From contig JAIYBJ010000032.1 in assembly GCA_027488575.1 (NCBI GenBank), positions 12,390-76,389 of the forward strand: a stretch of 64,000 nucleotides of DNA. The letters are read 5' to 3'. Made by a program: the position numbers and the translations under genes. Positions 18,864 through 30,298 of the stretch are shown here, piece by piece (position 1 is the first letter of the stretch; every line of letters starts with the position of its first letter). The notes under the pieces are model-generated. The model did no database searches. It worked only from the letters and a program-made list of their open reading frames with translations, and was not told the origin of the DNA. The DNA comes from Streptomycetaceae bacterium. Its GTDB lineage: Bacteria > Actinomycetota > Actinomycetes > Nanopelagicales > Nanopelagicaceae.

Positions 18864-19895
18864 ATGAGTAACAAAATGTCATTCATCGGCCGCGATATGG
18901 CTGTGGATCTAGGAACTGCTAACACGTTGGTATATGTGCGCGGTCGTGGCATTGTTCTCAACGAGCCAAGTGTTGTTGCTGTTAACCAAGACACCGGCGG
19001 AATTCTGGCTGTTGGTCTTGAAGCAAAGAAGATGATTGGCCGTACTCCCGGAAACATCGTTGCAATTCGCCCACTCAAAGATGGTGTGATCGCAGACTTT
19101 GATACAACAGAGCGAATGTTGCGTTACTTCATCCAAAAAGTTCACCGTCGCCGTTATTTGGCTAAGCCTCGTATTGTTGTCTGCGTTCCATCAGGTATTA
19201 CTGGTGTAGAACAGCGCGCAGTTAAGGATGCTGGATACGCAGCAGGTGCTCGCAAGGTTTACATCATTGAAGAACCAATGGCTGCAGCAATCGGTGCGGG
19301 TCTTCCAATTCACGAACCAACCGGAAACATGGTTGTAGACATCGGTGGCGGAACAACAGAAGTTGCTGTTATTTCACTCGGTGGAATTGTTACATCACTA
19401 TCAATTCGTGTTGGTGGAGACGAGCTCGATCAATCAATTATTAACTGGGTAAAACGCGAATTCTCATTATTACTTGGTGAGCGCACAGCAGAAGAAATCA
19501 AGATGGCTATTGGTTCCGCTTATCCACTTCCAGGTGAGAACGATGCTGAAATTCGTGGTCGAGACCTTGCAACTGGTCTTCCAAAGACAATTGTTGTTTC
19601 AGCTGCAGAAATTCGTAAAGCACTCGAAGAACCAGTAAATGCAATTATTAACGCTGTTAAGAGCACTCTAGATAAGTGTCCACCAGAGCTCGCAAGTGAT
19701 CTTATGGATCGCGGAATAGTTCTAACTGGTGGAGGAGCACTTCTTAAGGGACTCGATGAGCGCTTGCGTAAAGAAACTGGAATGCCAATTCACGTAGCAG
19801 AGCGCCCGCTCGATGCAGTCGTAGAAGGTTCCGGAAAATGTATTGAAGAGTTCGAAGCCCTTGAAAAGGTTTTGATCTCTGAGCCTCGTCGATAG
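18864..19895 (+). CDS. mreB: Rod shape-determining protein MreB
   Basis: [23 protein letters not shown]. Confidence 0.97.
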   Translation: MSNKMSFIGRDMAVDLGTANTLVYVRGRGIVLNEPSVVAVNQDTGGILAVGLEAKKMIGRTPGNIVAIRPLKDGVIADFDTTERMLRYFIQKVHRRRYLAKPRIVVCVPSGITGVEQRAVKDAGYAAGARKVYIIEEPMAAAIGAGLPIHEPTGNMVVDIGGGTTEVAVISLGGIVTSLSIRVGGDELDQSIINWVKREFSLLLGERTAEEIKMAIGSAYPLPGENDAEIRGRDLATGLPKTIVVSAAEIRKALEEPVNAIINAVKSTLDKCPPELASDLMDRGIVLTGGGALLKGLDERLRKETGMPIHVAERPLDAVVEGSGKCIEEFEALEKVLISEPRR

Positions 19896-19906
19896 GTAAT
19901 TAGTAG

Positions 19907-20833
19907 ATGCGTTATGGCGGCGAAGGACGCTCTCGCCTCCTACTCATCATTCTTATCGTTACATCTTTACTATTAATCACGCTCGACCTTCGCGGCGTAA
20001 AAATACTTGATGGCGTTCGAAGCGGCACGCAAAATGTTCTATCTCCTTTCCAAAAAGCTGGTTCGGCAGTTGTTTCTCCCTTTCGTAATTTCTTTGGTGA
20101 TGTCACCAATCTCGGACAAACCCGTAGCGAAATAGAAAAACTTAAAGCAGACAATGCGAAGTTGCGAAATCAATTACTTCAGCGAAAAAGTGCTGATGCT
20201 GAATTAGATCAACTTAAATCAGTGCTAGACCTTGCAGGAAGAGCTGGATATAAAGTTCTGGCAGCACGCGTCATTTCACAAGGTGCCAGTACAAGTTTTT
20301 CTCAAACGGTCACAATTGATGCGGGTACTTCCTCAGGAGTTCGTCCAAACATGACTGTTGTATCTGGTGAAGGACTTATTGGAGTCGTAAAAGAGTCATA
20401 CTCAAATTCAGCGCTCATCATGTTGGCCACGGATCCGGACTTTAAGGTTGGAGTCCGCATTGCAGGAACTCAACAAATCGGAATTCTTTCAGGGCGAGGA
20501 TCAAAGCGAGCAGAATTACAGTTACTAGATAACCAACAGGTTGTAAAAGTTGGTGACGTTTTGTTGGCACGTGGAAGCACGAATAATCGCCCGTTTGTTC
20601 CCGGAATCCCTGTTGGAGTAATTAGCGCAGTAGATAACACAGCCGGATCAATTGCTCAGACAGCAACGGTAATGCTCTATCCCAATTTTTCGGCGCTTAG
20701 TGTCGTTAGTGTTGTATTAAGTGCGGGCAAGAACAATCCAGGTGATGCACTAGTTCCTGCGCCACCACGACCAACACCTGTTCCAACAGTCACTATTTAT
20801 GCAACACCATCACCTTCGGCGAGCACGAAGTAG
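19907..20833 (+). CDS. mreC: Rod shape-determining protein MreC
   Basis: N-terminal TM, coiled coil, IDAG...GLIG beta domain; operon position. Confidence 0.92.
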   Translation: MRYGGEGRSRLLLIILIVTSLLLITLDLRGVKILDGVRSGTQNVLSPFQKAGSAVVSPFRNFFGDVTNLGQTRSEIEKLKADNAKLRNQLLQRKSADAELDQLKSVLDLAGRAGYKVLAARVISQGASTSFSQTVTIDAGTSSGVRPNMTVVSGEGLIGVVKESYSNSALIMLATDPDFKVGVRIAGTQQIGILSGRGSKRAELQLLDNQQVVKVGDVLLARGSTNNRPFVPGIPVGVISAVDNTAGSIAQTATVMLYPNFSALSVVSVVLSAGKNNPGDALVPAPPRPTPVPTVTIYATPSPSASTK

Positions 20834-20840
20834 CCATTAA

Positions 20841-21362
20841 ATGCTGGCCAGACAGTTTTCTATTTCATCACTTGTTTTTGTGATTATATTTTTAATTCAG
20901 GAGAGCGTTGTTAATCAATTGCGATTGCCAGGTGGTGGATTTTCACTCGTGTTGTTAATCGCTTTAACCTGGGCGGCACTTAGTACCCCAACAGTTGGTG
21001 CACTTACTGGATTCATTTCGGGATTCTTAATGGATTTATCACAAAGTTCGAGTGGTGCAATGGGTCACTGGACTTTGCTGATGATTCTTGCTTGCTATGC
21101 GGTTGCATTTTTAGGGTTTGGAAATGACAACGTGCGTGGGAATCCGATTACAAATGTCTTCTTAGTTTCTGCTGCATCCGTACTTACACTAGTGGCGTAT
21201 GTAATCACTGGATTTCTTCTTGGGGTATCTGTCGGAAGCTTTTCCAGAGTACTTATAACGATCTTTAGCAATGGTGTTTGGGCACTTCTTTTAACACCGC
21301 TCATTCTTCCAGTTGTAACGCGATTACATCGGTCATTGTTTGGCAAGCAGGCGCACATATGA
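20841..21362 (+). CDS. mreD: Rod shape-determining protein MreD
   Basis: Polytopic membrane protein with GFISGFLMD motif, between mreC and pbp2. Confidence 0.88.
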   Translation: MLARQFSISSLVFVIIFLIQESVVNQLRLPGGGFSLVLLIALTWAALSTPTVGALTGFISGFLMDLSQSSSGAMGHWTLLMILACYAVAFLGFGNDNVRGNPITNVFLVSAASVLTLVAYVITGFLLGVSVGSFSRVLITIFSNGVWALLLTPLILPVVTRLHRSLFGKQAHI

Positions 21363-23449
21363 ATCAACGCGTTCGCTTAAGTCTCTTGGTTGTACAAATA
21401 TTTGTACTTACTTTGATGATTGCACTTCTTGGTCGACTCTTTTATCTGCAAGTTGCAGCCGCGCCTAAGTACAAAGATGCAGCCCTAAGCATTCAAAGCC
21501 GAGATGTAATCAATCCCGCTGTTCGTGGGCTAATTGTTGATTCTTCAGGTATTCCACTAGCGCTAAATCGAGTGGGCCTTGCAGTCACAGTTGATCGAAT
21601 CACTTTAGATAAACAAGCCGATAAAGGTGCAAGCGTCTTGTTGAAGGTTTCAACATTGCTTGGATTGTCATATACAGATGTTTATCGCACGACTCGTCTA
21701 TGTGGTGAACTTCCTAAGAATGATAAAGCGGGATGCTGGACTGGTTCTCGGTATCAACCAATTCCAATTACAAAAGAAGCAGATCCCGAAATTGCGCTAC
21801 AAATTGTTGAACGCACAAGTGAGTATCCAGGAATTGGTGCAACACCAGTAGCTCTACGAAATTATCCTGGCTATGCAGGAGTTAACGCTGCACACGAACT
21901 TGGTTATGTAGGACCAGTTACTGAAGAAGATTTATCGGGTGTAAATGGTCGCTCGTATTATCGCAGCGAAACTATTGGCAAAACAGGACTTGAATATCAA
22001 TATGACTCATATTTACGAGGCACACCTGGAATTAGAACAGTCATTGTCGATCGTAAAGAATCAATCACGCGTGAAAGCCAGAATACGCAACCAATAGGTG
22101 GCAATCACTTAGTTACAAGTTTGGATGTTCGCTTACAAGCAGGTGTCGAAAAAGCACTTGCTGATGCTGTTCGTCGGGCACGTGCAAGTGGATATCCCGG
22201 TGATTCAGGTGCTGCTGTTGTCATGGATATTCGAAACGGACAAATTTTAGCGATGGCTTCGTACCCAACGTATGACCCGAATTCATGGGAAAAGGGTTTA
22301 TCCGTAAAAGATGCAAAAGCGCTTTTTAGTGAGAAAAATAATGTACCCGCGCTATCCAGACCGCTACAAGGTTTATTCGCCCCTGCATCAACTTTTAAAG
22401 CTGTCTCATTAGTTGCCGCAGCAAATGCTGGCTATAACCTCAATGCAGTTTATGACTGTCCATCTCAGACACAAATTGGTAATCGCGCTTTCCAAAACTT
22501 TGATAGTAAAGCTTTAGGGCGAATGAGTATGAAGAAAGCCATGGCAGTTTCCTGTGACACCATTTGGTATCAGATTGCTTATGACGAATGGGTTCGAGAT
22601 GGTGGATTAAAGCCAAAATCAAATCCAAATGATTACTTCTTTAAGGCAGCAGAAGGTTTTCAAGTTAACAAAAAGACAGGCATTGACATGCCTTCTGAAT
22701 CCGCAGGTCGTCTTGCAAATCGAGATTGGCGTAAAGATTGGTATGACCAGAACAAAGATTTTTACTGTAACTATAAAGACCGAGCGAAGAAGAACCAGTT
22801 AACAACTTTTCTTATCGAATTAGCCCGCGAAAACTGTCTAGATGGCGACAAAATTCGAGCAGGAGATGCTGTCAACTTCTCGATCGGACAAGGAGACACA
22901 GTTATAACACCGCTGAAGTTAACCCAGATGTATGCAGCTCTTGGCAATGGTGGAAAAATCATGCGTCCAAGTATTGCAAAAGCAGTTGTCTCAACAGATG
23001 GAAAAATAGTTAAGAAAATCGAACCAAAGCAACTCGGTACTTTGCCTGCAACACCTGCCACGCTGAGATTGTTAGAAGTAGCGCTTCGAGAAGTTGTCAC
23101 AGCAGGAACGGCTACTGGTGCCTTTGCAGGATTTCCAATAGCAATCAGTGGTAAAACAGGAACAGCGCAAGTCTTCGGTAGAAATGCAAATGGTTCCTTG
23201 AAGGCAGATACATCGTGGTTCGCATCCTTTGGTCCTACGCAAAATCCAAGATATGCAGTTGTCATGATGGTTAGCCAGGGTGGCTTCGGAGCATCTGTCA
23301 GCGGTGTTGGCGTTCGTAAAATTTATGAAACTTTATTCGGTGTCACAGGATCAAGAGTTGATCCAGCAAAGGCTATATTTCCTGATGGTAAGCCACCGGT
23401 GAAACTTCCAAAGATTTCGCCAGCTACGAAGTTAAAGGAGGACAAGTGA
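21359..23449 (+). CDS. mrdA: Penicillin-binding protein 2
   Basis: ASTFK (SxxK), SCD, KTGT motifs; ATG 21359 overlaps the mreD stop (ATGA). Confidence 0.94.
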   Translation: MNQRVRLSLLVVQIFVLTLMIALLGRLFYLQVAAAPKYKDAALSIQSRDVINPAVRGLIVDSSGIPLALNRVGLAVTVDRITLDKQADKGASVLLKVSTLLGLSYTDVYRTTRLCGELPKNDKAGCWTGSRYQPIPITKEADPEIALQIVERTSEYPGIGATPVALRNYPGYAGVNAAHELGYVGPVTEEDLSGVNGRSYYRSETIGKTGLEYQYDSYLRGTPGIRTVIVDRKESITRESQNTQPIGGNHLVTSLDVRLQAGVEKALADAVRRARASGYPGDSGAAVVMDIRNGQILAMASYPTYDPNSWEKGLSVKDAKALFSEKNNVPALSRPLQGLFAPASTFKAVSLVAAANAGYNLNAVYDCPSQTQIGNRAFQNFDSKALGRMSMKKAMAVSCDTIWYQIAYDEWVRDGGLKPKSNPNDYFFKAAEGFQVNKKTGIDMPSESAGRLANRDWRKDWYDQNKDFYCNYKDRAKKNQLTTFLIELARENCLDGDKIRAGDAVNFSIGQGDTVITPLKLTQMYAALGNGGKIMRPSIAKAVVSTDGKIVKKIEPKQLGTLPATPATLRLLEVALREVVTAGTATGAFAGFPIAISGKTGTAQVFGRNANGSLKADTSWFASFGPTQNPRYAVVMMVSQGGFGASVSGVGVRKIYETLFGVTGSRVDPAKAIFPDGKPPVKLPKISPATKLKEDK

Positions 23450-24606
23450 GTTCTCTATCCACGCGCAGTATTTATCGCCGTAGATCCCGTGGTTCAATTT
23501 TTGAAGGCTTTGATCCAATTCTTACTGCAGCAGTTGCGGCGCTATTAGTAATTGGAACGCTACTTGTTTATGCAGCGACTCGTGACTGGTATGCCGCAAA
23601 TGATTTAGATCCGCAGTACTACCTCAAGCGCCATGTACTAAATATTCTCATTGGCGTACTGCTGGCATGGGGAACAACGATTATTGATTACAGATTATTG
23701 CGTGCTTACACTCCAATCGTTTGGGGATTAGGTGTCTTGGGATTAATCATTGTGTTGATTCCTGGACTTGGCGCAGAAATCAACGGAGCAAGAGCGTGGA
23801 TTGCACTTCCTGGTGGATTCCAGATTCAGCCAGCCGAATTAGCAAAAATTTCCATCATCGTTGGTATGTCAATGATTCTTTCAGAGCGCACACATGACAG
23901 TAACGAGCCAAACTCACGAGATGTTTTGCAATCGCTAGTAGTTGCCGGCATTCCGGTTTTGTTGATTCTCGCGCAGCCTGACATGGGCACCGTTTTCATT
24001 ATTAGTGCCGCGGTCGTAACAATCATTGCTGTTTCCGGGGCATCTTCTCGCTGGGTGGCCGCACTCTTGCTCATTGCAATCATCGGAGCATTTGGCGCAA
24101 CGAAGGCGGGTGTGATTAATTCATACCAAGTAAATCGTCTGCAATCTTTCGTTAATCCAAATGCAGATACGCAGGGAACTGGATACCAGCTTCGCCAAGC
24201 ACGAATCACAGTGGGCTCTGGTGGATTATTTGGAACTGGATTATTTGATGGACCACAAACAAGTGGACGCTTTGTTCCAGAGCAACAAACAGACTTTATT
24301 TTTACAGTTGCAGGTGAACAGTTGGGCTTTGTCGGAAGCGCTGGAATCGTCTTACTGTATTTAGTGATTTTAATGCGAGCCTTTGCAATTGCACGAAGAA
24401 CCAACGATCCATATGGAAGGCTTGTAGCAACCGGAGTAACTGCCTGGTTTGCATTTCAAATCTTTGAAAACATTGGCATGACACTCGGATTAATGCCGAT
24501 GACTGGCGTGCCATTGCCATTTCTTTCTTACGGTGGATCGAGCATGTTTGCAACGCTGATCGGATTTGGTTTGTTGCAAAATGTGCATGCACGTCATCGA
24601 GGCTAA
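23446..24606 (+). CDS. rodA: Rod shape-determining protein RodA (SEDS)
   Basis: QPAELAK, QPDMGT, PEQQTDFIF, GVPLPFLSYGGSS. Confidence 0.95.
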   Translation: MSSLSTRSIYRRRSRGSIFEGFDPILTAAVAALLVIGTLLVYAATRDWYAANDLDPQYYLKRHVLNILIGVLLAWGTTIIDYRLLRAYTPIVWGLGVLGLIIVLIPGLGAEINGARAWIALPGGFQIQPAELAKISIIVGMSMILSERTHDSNEPNSRDVLQSLVVAGIPVLLILAQPDMGTVFIISAAVVTIIAVSGASSRWVAALLLIAIIGAFGATKAGVINSYQVNRLQSFVNPNADTQGTGYQLRQARITVGSGGLFGTGLFDGPQTSGRFVPEQQTDFIFTVAGEQLGFVGSAGIVLLYLVILMRAFAIARRTNDPYGRLVATGVTAWFAFQIFENIGMTLGLMPMTGVPLPFLSYGGSSMFATLIGFGLLQNVHARHRG

Positions 24607-24636
24607 TAACGTAATTACGCTCAATTTGCGCCTTAC

Positions 24637-24665
24637 TTGGGTTTAGTCACGATTTCTGCCATACT
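24637..24665 (+). promoter_or_regulatory. Putative sigmaA promoter of rne
   Basis: TTGGGT-N17-CATACT with TG extension. Confidence 0.55.
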
Positions 24666-24816
24666 TACACCACAGTTCAGCGCGGCTCGCGAGCACTTCG
24701 CGGTAAAGCCCAAGCGCGAACTCACAGAAGATTTGCTTGACGAGTTAGTTCTTTTCGAAGTTCGAACCACTTCAAGCCAGAGCGCGTTTATATAAACGCA
24801 TAGAGGATTTGGTGCC

Positions 24817-26895
24817 ATGGCTATTGAGCCAAAAACGCCGCGCAAGCGTGCGGCTAAGAAAGCTAGTTCAAAAAAATCAGATGCAATCGAAAATACTGAT
24901 GCGCCTACAACTTCGGATGGAAAGAGCGCAACAAAGAAAAAGTCTGCATCTATTCCAGTTCCAATGTTTCAGGCAGCACCAGTTACTGAAAAAGCTGCAC
25001 GTCCTGCAAAGAAAGCTGCACCAGAAGTTGTAGCCGAAGATTCAGGCGATGATGATTCACGTGCTGGTAGAAATCGCCGTCGCCGTCGTGGAGGACGTGG
25101 TCGCCGTAAAGGTGGGGCAGACTCTTCAGAAACCCAGAATGAGAATGTGGCAACAACGGCCGATGATTCCGAAGAATCAACCACACATCGCCGTCGCCGC
25201 CGTCGTCGTGCATCTGGAGATGGTGTTGTACCGGGTGAAACTGTTGAAGAAGATGGCGTAATTACAGTTGTTAAAGTTCGTGAAGTTCGCGAAAAAGCTC
25301 CACGAGTAGAAGCACGTCGTGGTCGTCGTGATCGCTCAGATCGTTCAGAACGTGGAGAGCGTCGCGAGTATCGCGAGCCGTATCGCCGCCGCGGAACAAT
25401 AATCACAGACTCTGAATTCTTAGCACGTCGCGAAAATGTTGATCGCGAAATGGTTGTTCGCCAGATTGATGATCGCATTCAAATTGCTGTTATCGAAGAC
25501 AAGGTAATGGTTGAGCATTACGTAAACCGCAATAGCAACGTCTCCTACGTCGGTAACGTTTATCTTGGACGCGTTCAAAACGTTCTTCCTTCGATGGAAG
25601 CAGCATTCGTTGACATCGGCAAAGGCCGAAACGCTGTGTTGTATGCGGGAGAAGTTAATTGGGATGCTGCAGGTATCTCTGAATCTGAACCACGCAAGAT
25701 TGAAATGGTTTTAAAGACAGGACAACCTGTACTTGTTCAGGTAACAAAAGATCCAATTGGCCAAAAGGGTGCACGTTTAACAAGCCAAATTTCTCTTCCA
25801 GGCCGTTATGTTGTCTATGTTCCTGGTGGCGGAATGAGTGGCATCAGCCGCAGCCTTCCAGAGCAGGAGCGTAACCGTCTCAAGGCAATCTTGAAAGATT
25901 TAATTCCTGAAGGAGCTGGCGTAATTGTTCGTACAGCCGCAGAAGGTGCAACTGAAGAAGAAATCACTAGCGACGTAGCTCGTTTGAAATCTCAGTGGGA
26001 AGATATTTATCAGAAATCTGAGAATCCAAACTTCCACGCACCTGCTGCTCTGTACTCTGAACCAGATCTTGCTGTTCGAGTTATCCGCGATATCTTTAAC
26101 GAAGATTTCCGCAAGCTCACAGTTCAAGGCAGCCAGGCGTATGAAGAAATCAGTAACTACCTTGGATTTATTGCTCCAGAGTTAGTTTCAAAATTAGAGA
26201 AATACACCGGAACCGGAGATCTATTCGCCGAGTATCGCGTTGAAGAGCAGTTGTCTAAAGCATTTGATCGCAAGGTTTATTTACCTTCAGGTGGATCACT
26301 CGTTATCGATCGCACAGAAGCAATGATTGTTATCGACGTGAACACAGGTAAATTCATCGGTAAGGGTGGAAACCTCGAAGAGACAGTTACCAAAAACAAC
26401 CTCGAAGCCGCAGAAGAAATTGCCCGCCAACTTCGCCTACGCGACTTAGGTGGAATTGTTGTTATTGACTTCATCGACATGATTCTTGAATCAAACCGTG
26501 AGGCAGTTTTGCGTAGACTTGTTGAATGTCTAGGACGCGATCGCACAAAGCACCAGGTTGCAGAAGTTACTTCTCTTGGCTTAGTTCAGATGACTCGAAA
26601 GCGCGTTGGACAAGGACTAATCGAAGCGTTCTCAACAACATGTGATTCATGTTCTGGACGCGGAATTCACATTCACACAGAACCTGTGAAGATGAAGGCA
26701 CCGATGCCACAAGTAAATTCACAATCTGCAAGCCATGAAGATGTTGAAGAATCTTCAGCAACTGGACACGAATTCATTGAAGTTCAAAATGATGATTCAG
26801 TAGCACCAGAAGTGAAGAAGGATTCAAAGCCTGGTGGCCGCAAACGCCGCCGAGCCGTGAGCACCGGAGTAGTCACTCCTGGCTCTTCGGAATGA
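24817..26895 (+). CDS. rne: Ribonuclease E/G
   Basis: GNVYLGRVQNVLPSMEAAFVDIG S1 domain, IDVNTG, LRLRDLGG.VVIDFIDM, CxxC; Arg-rich disordered N-terminus. Confidence 0.95.
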   Translation: MAIEPKTPRKRAAKKASSKKSDAIENTDAPTTSDGKSATKKKSASIPVPMFQAAPVTEKAARPAKKAAPEVVAEDSGDDDSRAGRNRRRRRGGRGRRKGGADSSETQNENVATTADDSEESTTHRRRRRRRASGDGVVPGETVEEDGVITVVKVREVREKAPRVEARRGRRDRSDRSERGERREYREPYRRRGTIITDSEFLARRENVDREMVVRQIDDRIQIAVIEDKVMVEHYVNRNSNVSYVGNVYLGRVQNVLPSMEAAFVDIGKGRNAVLYAGEVNWDAAGISESEPRKIEMVLKTGQPVLVQVTKDPIGQKGARLTSQISLPGRYVVYVPGGGMSGISRSLPEQERNRLKAILKDLIPEGAGVIVRTAAEGATEEEITSDVARLKSQWEDIYQKSENPNFHAPAALYSEPDLAVRVIRDIFNEDFRKLTVQGSQAYEEISNYLGFIAPELVSKLEKYTGTGDLFAEYRVEEQLSKAFDRKVYLPSGGSLVIDRTEAMIVIDVNTGKFIGKGGNLEETVTKNNLEAAEEIARQLRLRDLGGIVVIDFIDMILESNREAVLRRLVECLGRDRTKHQVAEVTSLGLVQMTRKRVGQGLIEAFSTTCDSCSGRGIHIHTEPVKMKAPMPQVNSQSASHEDVEESSATGHEFIEVQNDDSVAPEVKKDSKPGGRKRRRAVSTGVVTPGSSE

Positions 26896-26914
26896 GCATA
26901 AAACCCGACTCAGT

Positions 26915-26944
26915 TTGACCCGTGGGTGCGGTTCTCCGTACCCT
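26915..26944 (+). promoter_or_regulatory. Putative sigmaA promoter of rplU-rpmA
   Basis: TTGACC-N18-TACCCT. Confidence 0.65.
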
Positions 26945-27002
26945 TAGCGCCTGCCCGATTCGCACAATGTGCGGACCAGGCCTTACGAAGTGGAGTAGTT
27001 AC

Positions 27003-27311
27003 GTGTACGCAATCGTGAAAGCTGGCGGACGCCAGGAGAAAGTCACTGTTGGAGAGACAATTCTTGTCGATCACCTTGATAGCAAGAGTGGTTCAACAGT
27101 TTCATTCTCTGCCGTTCTAGTTGTCGATGGCGCAACTGTTACTACAGACCCAAAGGCACTCTCTTCAGTCAAAGTAACTGGTGAAGTTATTGACGATGTA
27201 AAGGGTCCAAAGATCGATATCTTGCGTTACAAGAACAAGACCGGTTACCGCCGTCGTCAAGGTTTTCGTGCGCAACATACTCGCGTAAAAATTACAGCAA
27301 TCAATATCTAA
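27003..27311 (+). CDS. rplU: 50S ribosomal protein L21
   Basis: (M)[13 protein letters not shown]..., [11 protein letters not shown]; GTG start 27003 after GGAG. Confidence 0.96.
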   Translation: MYAIVKAGGRQEKVTVGETILVDHLDSKSGSTVSFSAVLVVDGATVTTDPKALSSVKVTGEVIDDVKGPKIDILRYKNKTGYRRRQGFRAQHTRVKITAINI

Positions 27312-27336
27312 CCGGACCGTCAATAGGAGTTGAGCA

Positions 27337-27591
27337 ATGGCAAGTAAAAAGGGTGTCTCCTCGACACGTAACGGTCGCGATTCAAATGCGCAGTACCTCG
27401 GTATTAAGCGCTTCGGTGGTCAAGTTGTTAACAGCGGCGAAATTCTTGTTCGCCAACGCGGAACAAAGTTTCACCCGGGTGCAAACGTTGGTCGCGGCAA
27501 AGATGACACTCTCTTCGCTCTAGCAGCAGGAGCAGTTGAATTCGGTCGCGCTCGCGGACGCAACGTAGTGAATGTGGTTCCAGTAGCTTAA
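27337..27591 (+). CDS. rpmA: 50S ribosomal protein L27
   Basis: [26 protein letters not shown]. Confidence 0.97.
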   Translation: MASKKGVSSTRNGRDSNAQYLGIKRFGGQVVNSGEILVRQRGTKFHPGANVGRGKDDTLFALAAGAVEFGRARGRNVVNVVPVA

Positions 27592-27606
27592 TTTTCGGTT
27601 CTTACG

Positions 27607-27643
27607 AAAGAGCGAGCCGCGTTCATGTGCGGCTCGCTTTTTT
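27607..27643 (+). terminator. Intrinsic terminator after rpmA
   Basis: GAGCGAGCCGC...GCGGCTCGCT stem followed by a T-tract. Confidence 0.85.
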
Positions 27644-27689
27644 ATTTCACTATAAAAACACTTAATGGATCAATGAGAGGAGAACGCTG

Positions 27690-29186
27690 ATGACAACATT
27701 TGTCGATCGCGTAACTCTCTACGCCACTGCAGGAAAAGGTGGCGACGGTTGTGTCTCAGTAAAGCGCGAGAAATTCAAACCACTCGGCGGACCAGATGGC
27801 GGAAATGGTGGACGCGGGGGAGACGTAATTTTGGTTGTCGATCCAAACGTCACAACACTTTTGGATTTTCATCACTCGCCACATCGCAAAGCAACATCTG
27901 GTCACCAAGGTTATGGTGATCGCAAAGATGGCGTCTTTGGTGAAGATTTAGTTCTAGGTGTTCCAAATGGAACAGTTATTTATGACAATCAAGGTGTAAT
28001 GCTCGCGGATTTAGTTGGCATTGGAACAACTTTTATTGCGGCCCAAGGCGGACATGGTGGTTTAGGAAATCTAGCGCTCTCATCATCAAAGCGTCGCGCA
28101 CCAGGTTTTGCATTACTCGGCGAACCAGGTGAAGAACGCACTCTTGTCCTCGAGCTTAAATCAGTTGCCGACATTGCATTGGTTGGTTTTCCAAGTGCTG
28201 GAAAATCTTCATTAATTGCAGCAATTTCTGCTGCTCGTCCAAAGATTGCCGATTATCCATTTACTACCCTTGTTCCTAATCTTGGTGTTGTTCAAGCCGG
28301 CGACACTCGATTTACTGTGGCAGATGTTCCAGGATTAATTCCTGGTGCAAGCCAAGGAAAAGGTTTAGGACTCGAATTTTTGCGCCACGTAGAGCGTTGC
28401 GTTGCACTTGTGCACGTTTTGGATTGCGGCACCCTAGAAACAGATCGAAATCCAATAGTCGACCTCGAAGTAATTGAAAATGAATTAGCAATCTACGGTG
28501 GGCTCGAAGATCGCACACGTATTGTGGCTCTGAACAAGATTGATTTGCCTGATGGTAAAGCGATGGCCGACATGGTTGCACAAACTCTTCGCGATAAAGG
28601 CTATGACGTTTATTTAGTCTCTGCCGCATCACGAGAAGGACTTACTGAATTGACGTATGCAATGGCTCGTCTGATTCAGAAGGCACGCATCGAAGCAAAA
28701 ACTGAAGAACGTACACGCATTATTCTGCGCCCAACTCCAGTTGATGATTCAGGTTTCACGGTTAAAGCCAATGCTGATGGATCATTTACTGTGCGTGGAA
28801 ACAAAGTTGTTCGCTGGGTTCGCCAGACAAACTTTAAAAATGCTGAAGCAATTGGTTATCTTGCAGATCGCCTTGCACAGTTGGGAGTTGAAAAAGAGCT
28901 GTACAAGCAAGGCGCTGTTGCCGGAAGCGAAGTTCGAATTGGGTCTGGAGATAATGAAGTTATCTTCGATTGGGAGCCAACCATCGAAGCAGGCGCTGAA
29001 CAATTAGCTGGGCACTTACACCGCCGAGGCGAGGATTCACGTCTTGATACAACGTGGAAACCAGAGCGTGAAATCAATGTTCTCAGTGATGATGAGATTG
29101 CGCGTCAATGGGAATACAACGTGAGTGACCCTCATTCGCCTAAACTTGTAGAAGTGGACGCTGCTGATGAAGAGGGTGAGCAATGA
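27690..29186 (+). CDS. obgE: GTPase ObgE/CgtA
   Basis: Gly-rich Obg fold, [23 protein letters not shown]-terminal domain. Confidence 0.96.
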   Translation: MTTFVDRVTLYATAGKGGDGCVSVKREKFKPLGGPDGGNGGRGGDVILVVDPNVTTLLDFHHSPHRKATSGHQGYGDRKDGVFGEDLVLGVPNGTVIYDNQGVMLADLVGIGTTFIAAQGGHGGLGNLALSSSKRRAPGFALLGEPGEERTLVLELKSVADIALVGFPSAGKSSLIAAISAARPKIADYPFTTLVPNLGVVQAGDTRFTVADVPGLIPGASQGKGLGLEFLRHVERCVALVHVLDCGTLETDRNPIVDLEVIENELAIYGGLEDRTRIVALNKIDLPDGKAMADMVAQTLRDKGYDVYLVSAASREGLTELTYAMARLIQKARIEAKTEERTRIILRPTPVDDSGFTVKANADGSFTVRGNKVVRWVRQTNFKNAEAIGYLADRLAQLGVEKELYKQGAVAGSEVRIGSGDNEVIFDWEPTIEAGAEQLAGHLHRRGEDSRLDTTWKPEREINVLSDDEIARQWEYNVSDPHSPKLVEVDAADEEGEQ

Positions 29187-30298
29187 ATCGCGATGCAGTA
29201 ACAAGTGCGAAGCGCGTTGTCATAAAAATTGGCTCTTCATCTTTAACCGGTAAGGCTGGCTCAGCACTAGATGACTCTTCAGTTGAAAAAATTGTAAAAG
29301 TTGTTGCGGATTTAAAGTCCCGTGGCGCCGAAGTACTAGTTGTCTCCTCGGGCGCGATTGCTGCCGGTTTAGCTCCATTGGGTTTAACAACTCGACCAAA
29401 GGATTTAGCAGCGCAGCAAGCAGCCGCATCAGTTGGACAAGGATTATTAATTGCTAGATACACCGAACATTTAGCACGCCATAAAATCACAGCATCGCAA
29501 GTACTTCTCACAACTGAAGATATTGTGCGGCGTTCGCACTATCAAAATGCGCAGAGAACCCTGACCAAATTGATTTCCCTCGGTGTTGTTCCAATCATTA
29601 ATGAAAATGACTCCGTCGGCACGCAAGAGATTCGATTCGGTGATAACGACCGTCTTGCAGCCCTCGTTGCACTCTTGGTTAACGCTGATTTGCTCGTGCT
29701 CGTCTCAGATATTGATGCGCTCTATGACGCACCTCCATCGCAAGCGGGCGCGAAAGCAATTCACGAAGTTTCAAAGATTTCAGATATCGATTCGCTCACT
29801 TTAGGTGGAGCAGGAGCTGCTGGAGTAGGAAGCGGCGGAATGGTTACAAAGGTTGAAGCAGCACGCATATCAACTAGCGCCGGAATTGCCATGCTTCTTA
29901 CTTCACTAGAACAATCTGGTGAAACTCTTGCAGGTAGTGCGCTTGGAACTCTGTTTCATGCACAAGAGAACAAATCTAATTCACGCATGCTGTGGCTTGC
30001 TCACGCATCAACACCACAAGGTCGACTTGTTCTTGATGCAGGTGCTGTGACAGCGATTCTGGAACGAGGAGTTTCACTTCTGCCAGCTGGAGTTACTGCA
30101 GTACAGGGAGACTTTATTTCTGGTGATGCTGTCGAATTAGCAAGTGCTGATGGAAAAGTAATTGCGCGCGGATTAGTCGCATTTGATAGCGAAGAAATCC
30201 CTGCAATGCTGGGACGTTCAACAAAGGAATTAGCACAGAGTCTTGGGCCTGAATACGAGCGCGAACTCGTACACAGAGATGACTTAGTTCTGCTCTGA
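29183..30298 (+). CDS. proB: Glutamate 5-kinase
   Basis: [30 protein letters not shown] domain. Confidence 0.96.
   Translation: MNRDAVTSAKRVVIKIGSSSLTGKAGSALDDSSVEKIVKVVADLKSRGAEVLVVSSGAIAAGLAPLGLTTRPKDLAAQQAAASVGQGLLIARYTEHLARHKITASQVLLTTEDIVRRSHYQNAQRTLTKLISLGVVPIINENDSVGTQEIRFGDNDRLAALVALLVNADLLVLVSDIDALYDAPPSQAGAKAIHEVSKISDIDSLTLGGAGAAGVGSGGMVTKVEAARISTSAGIAMLLTSLEQSGETLAGSALGTLFHAQENKSNSRMLWLAHASTPQGRLVLDAGAVTAILERGVSLLPAGVTAVQGDFISGDAVELASADGKVIARGLVAFDSEEIPAMLGRSTKELAQSLGPEYERELVHRDDLVLL

Noticed and set aside
24969-25478. Arg-rich CGY repeats and an antisense ORF in rne
   Set aside because: These are the normal RRRR tracts of the disordered region of actinobacterial RNase E, not a repeat element
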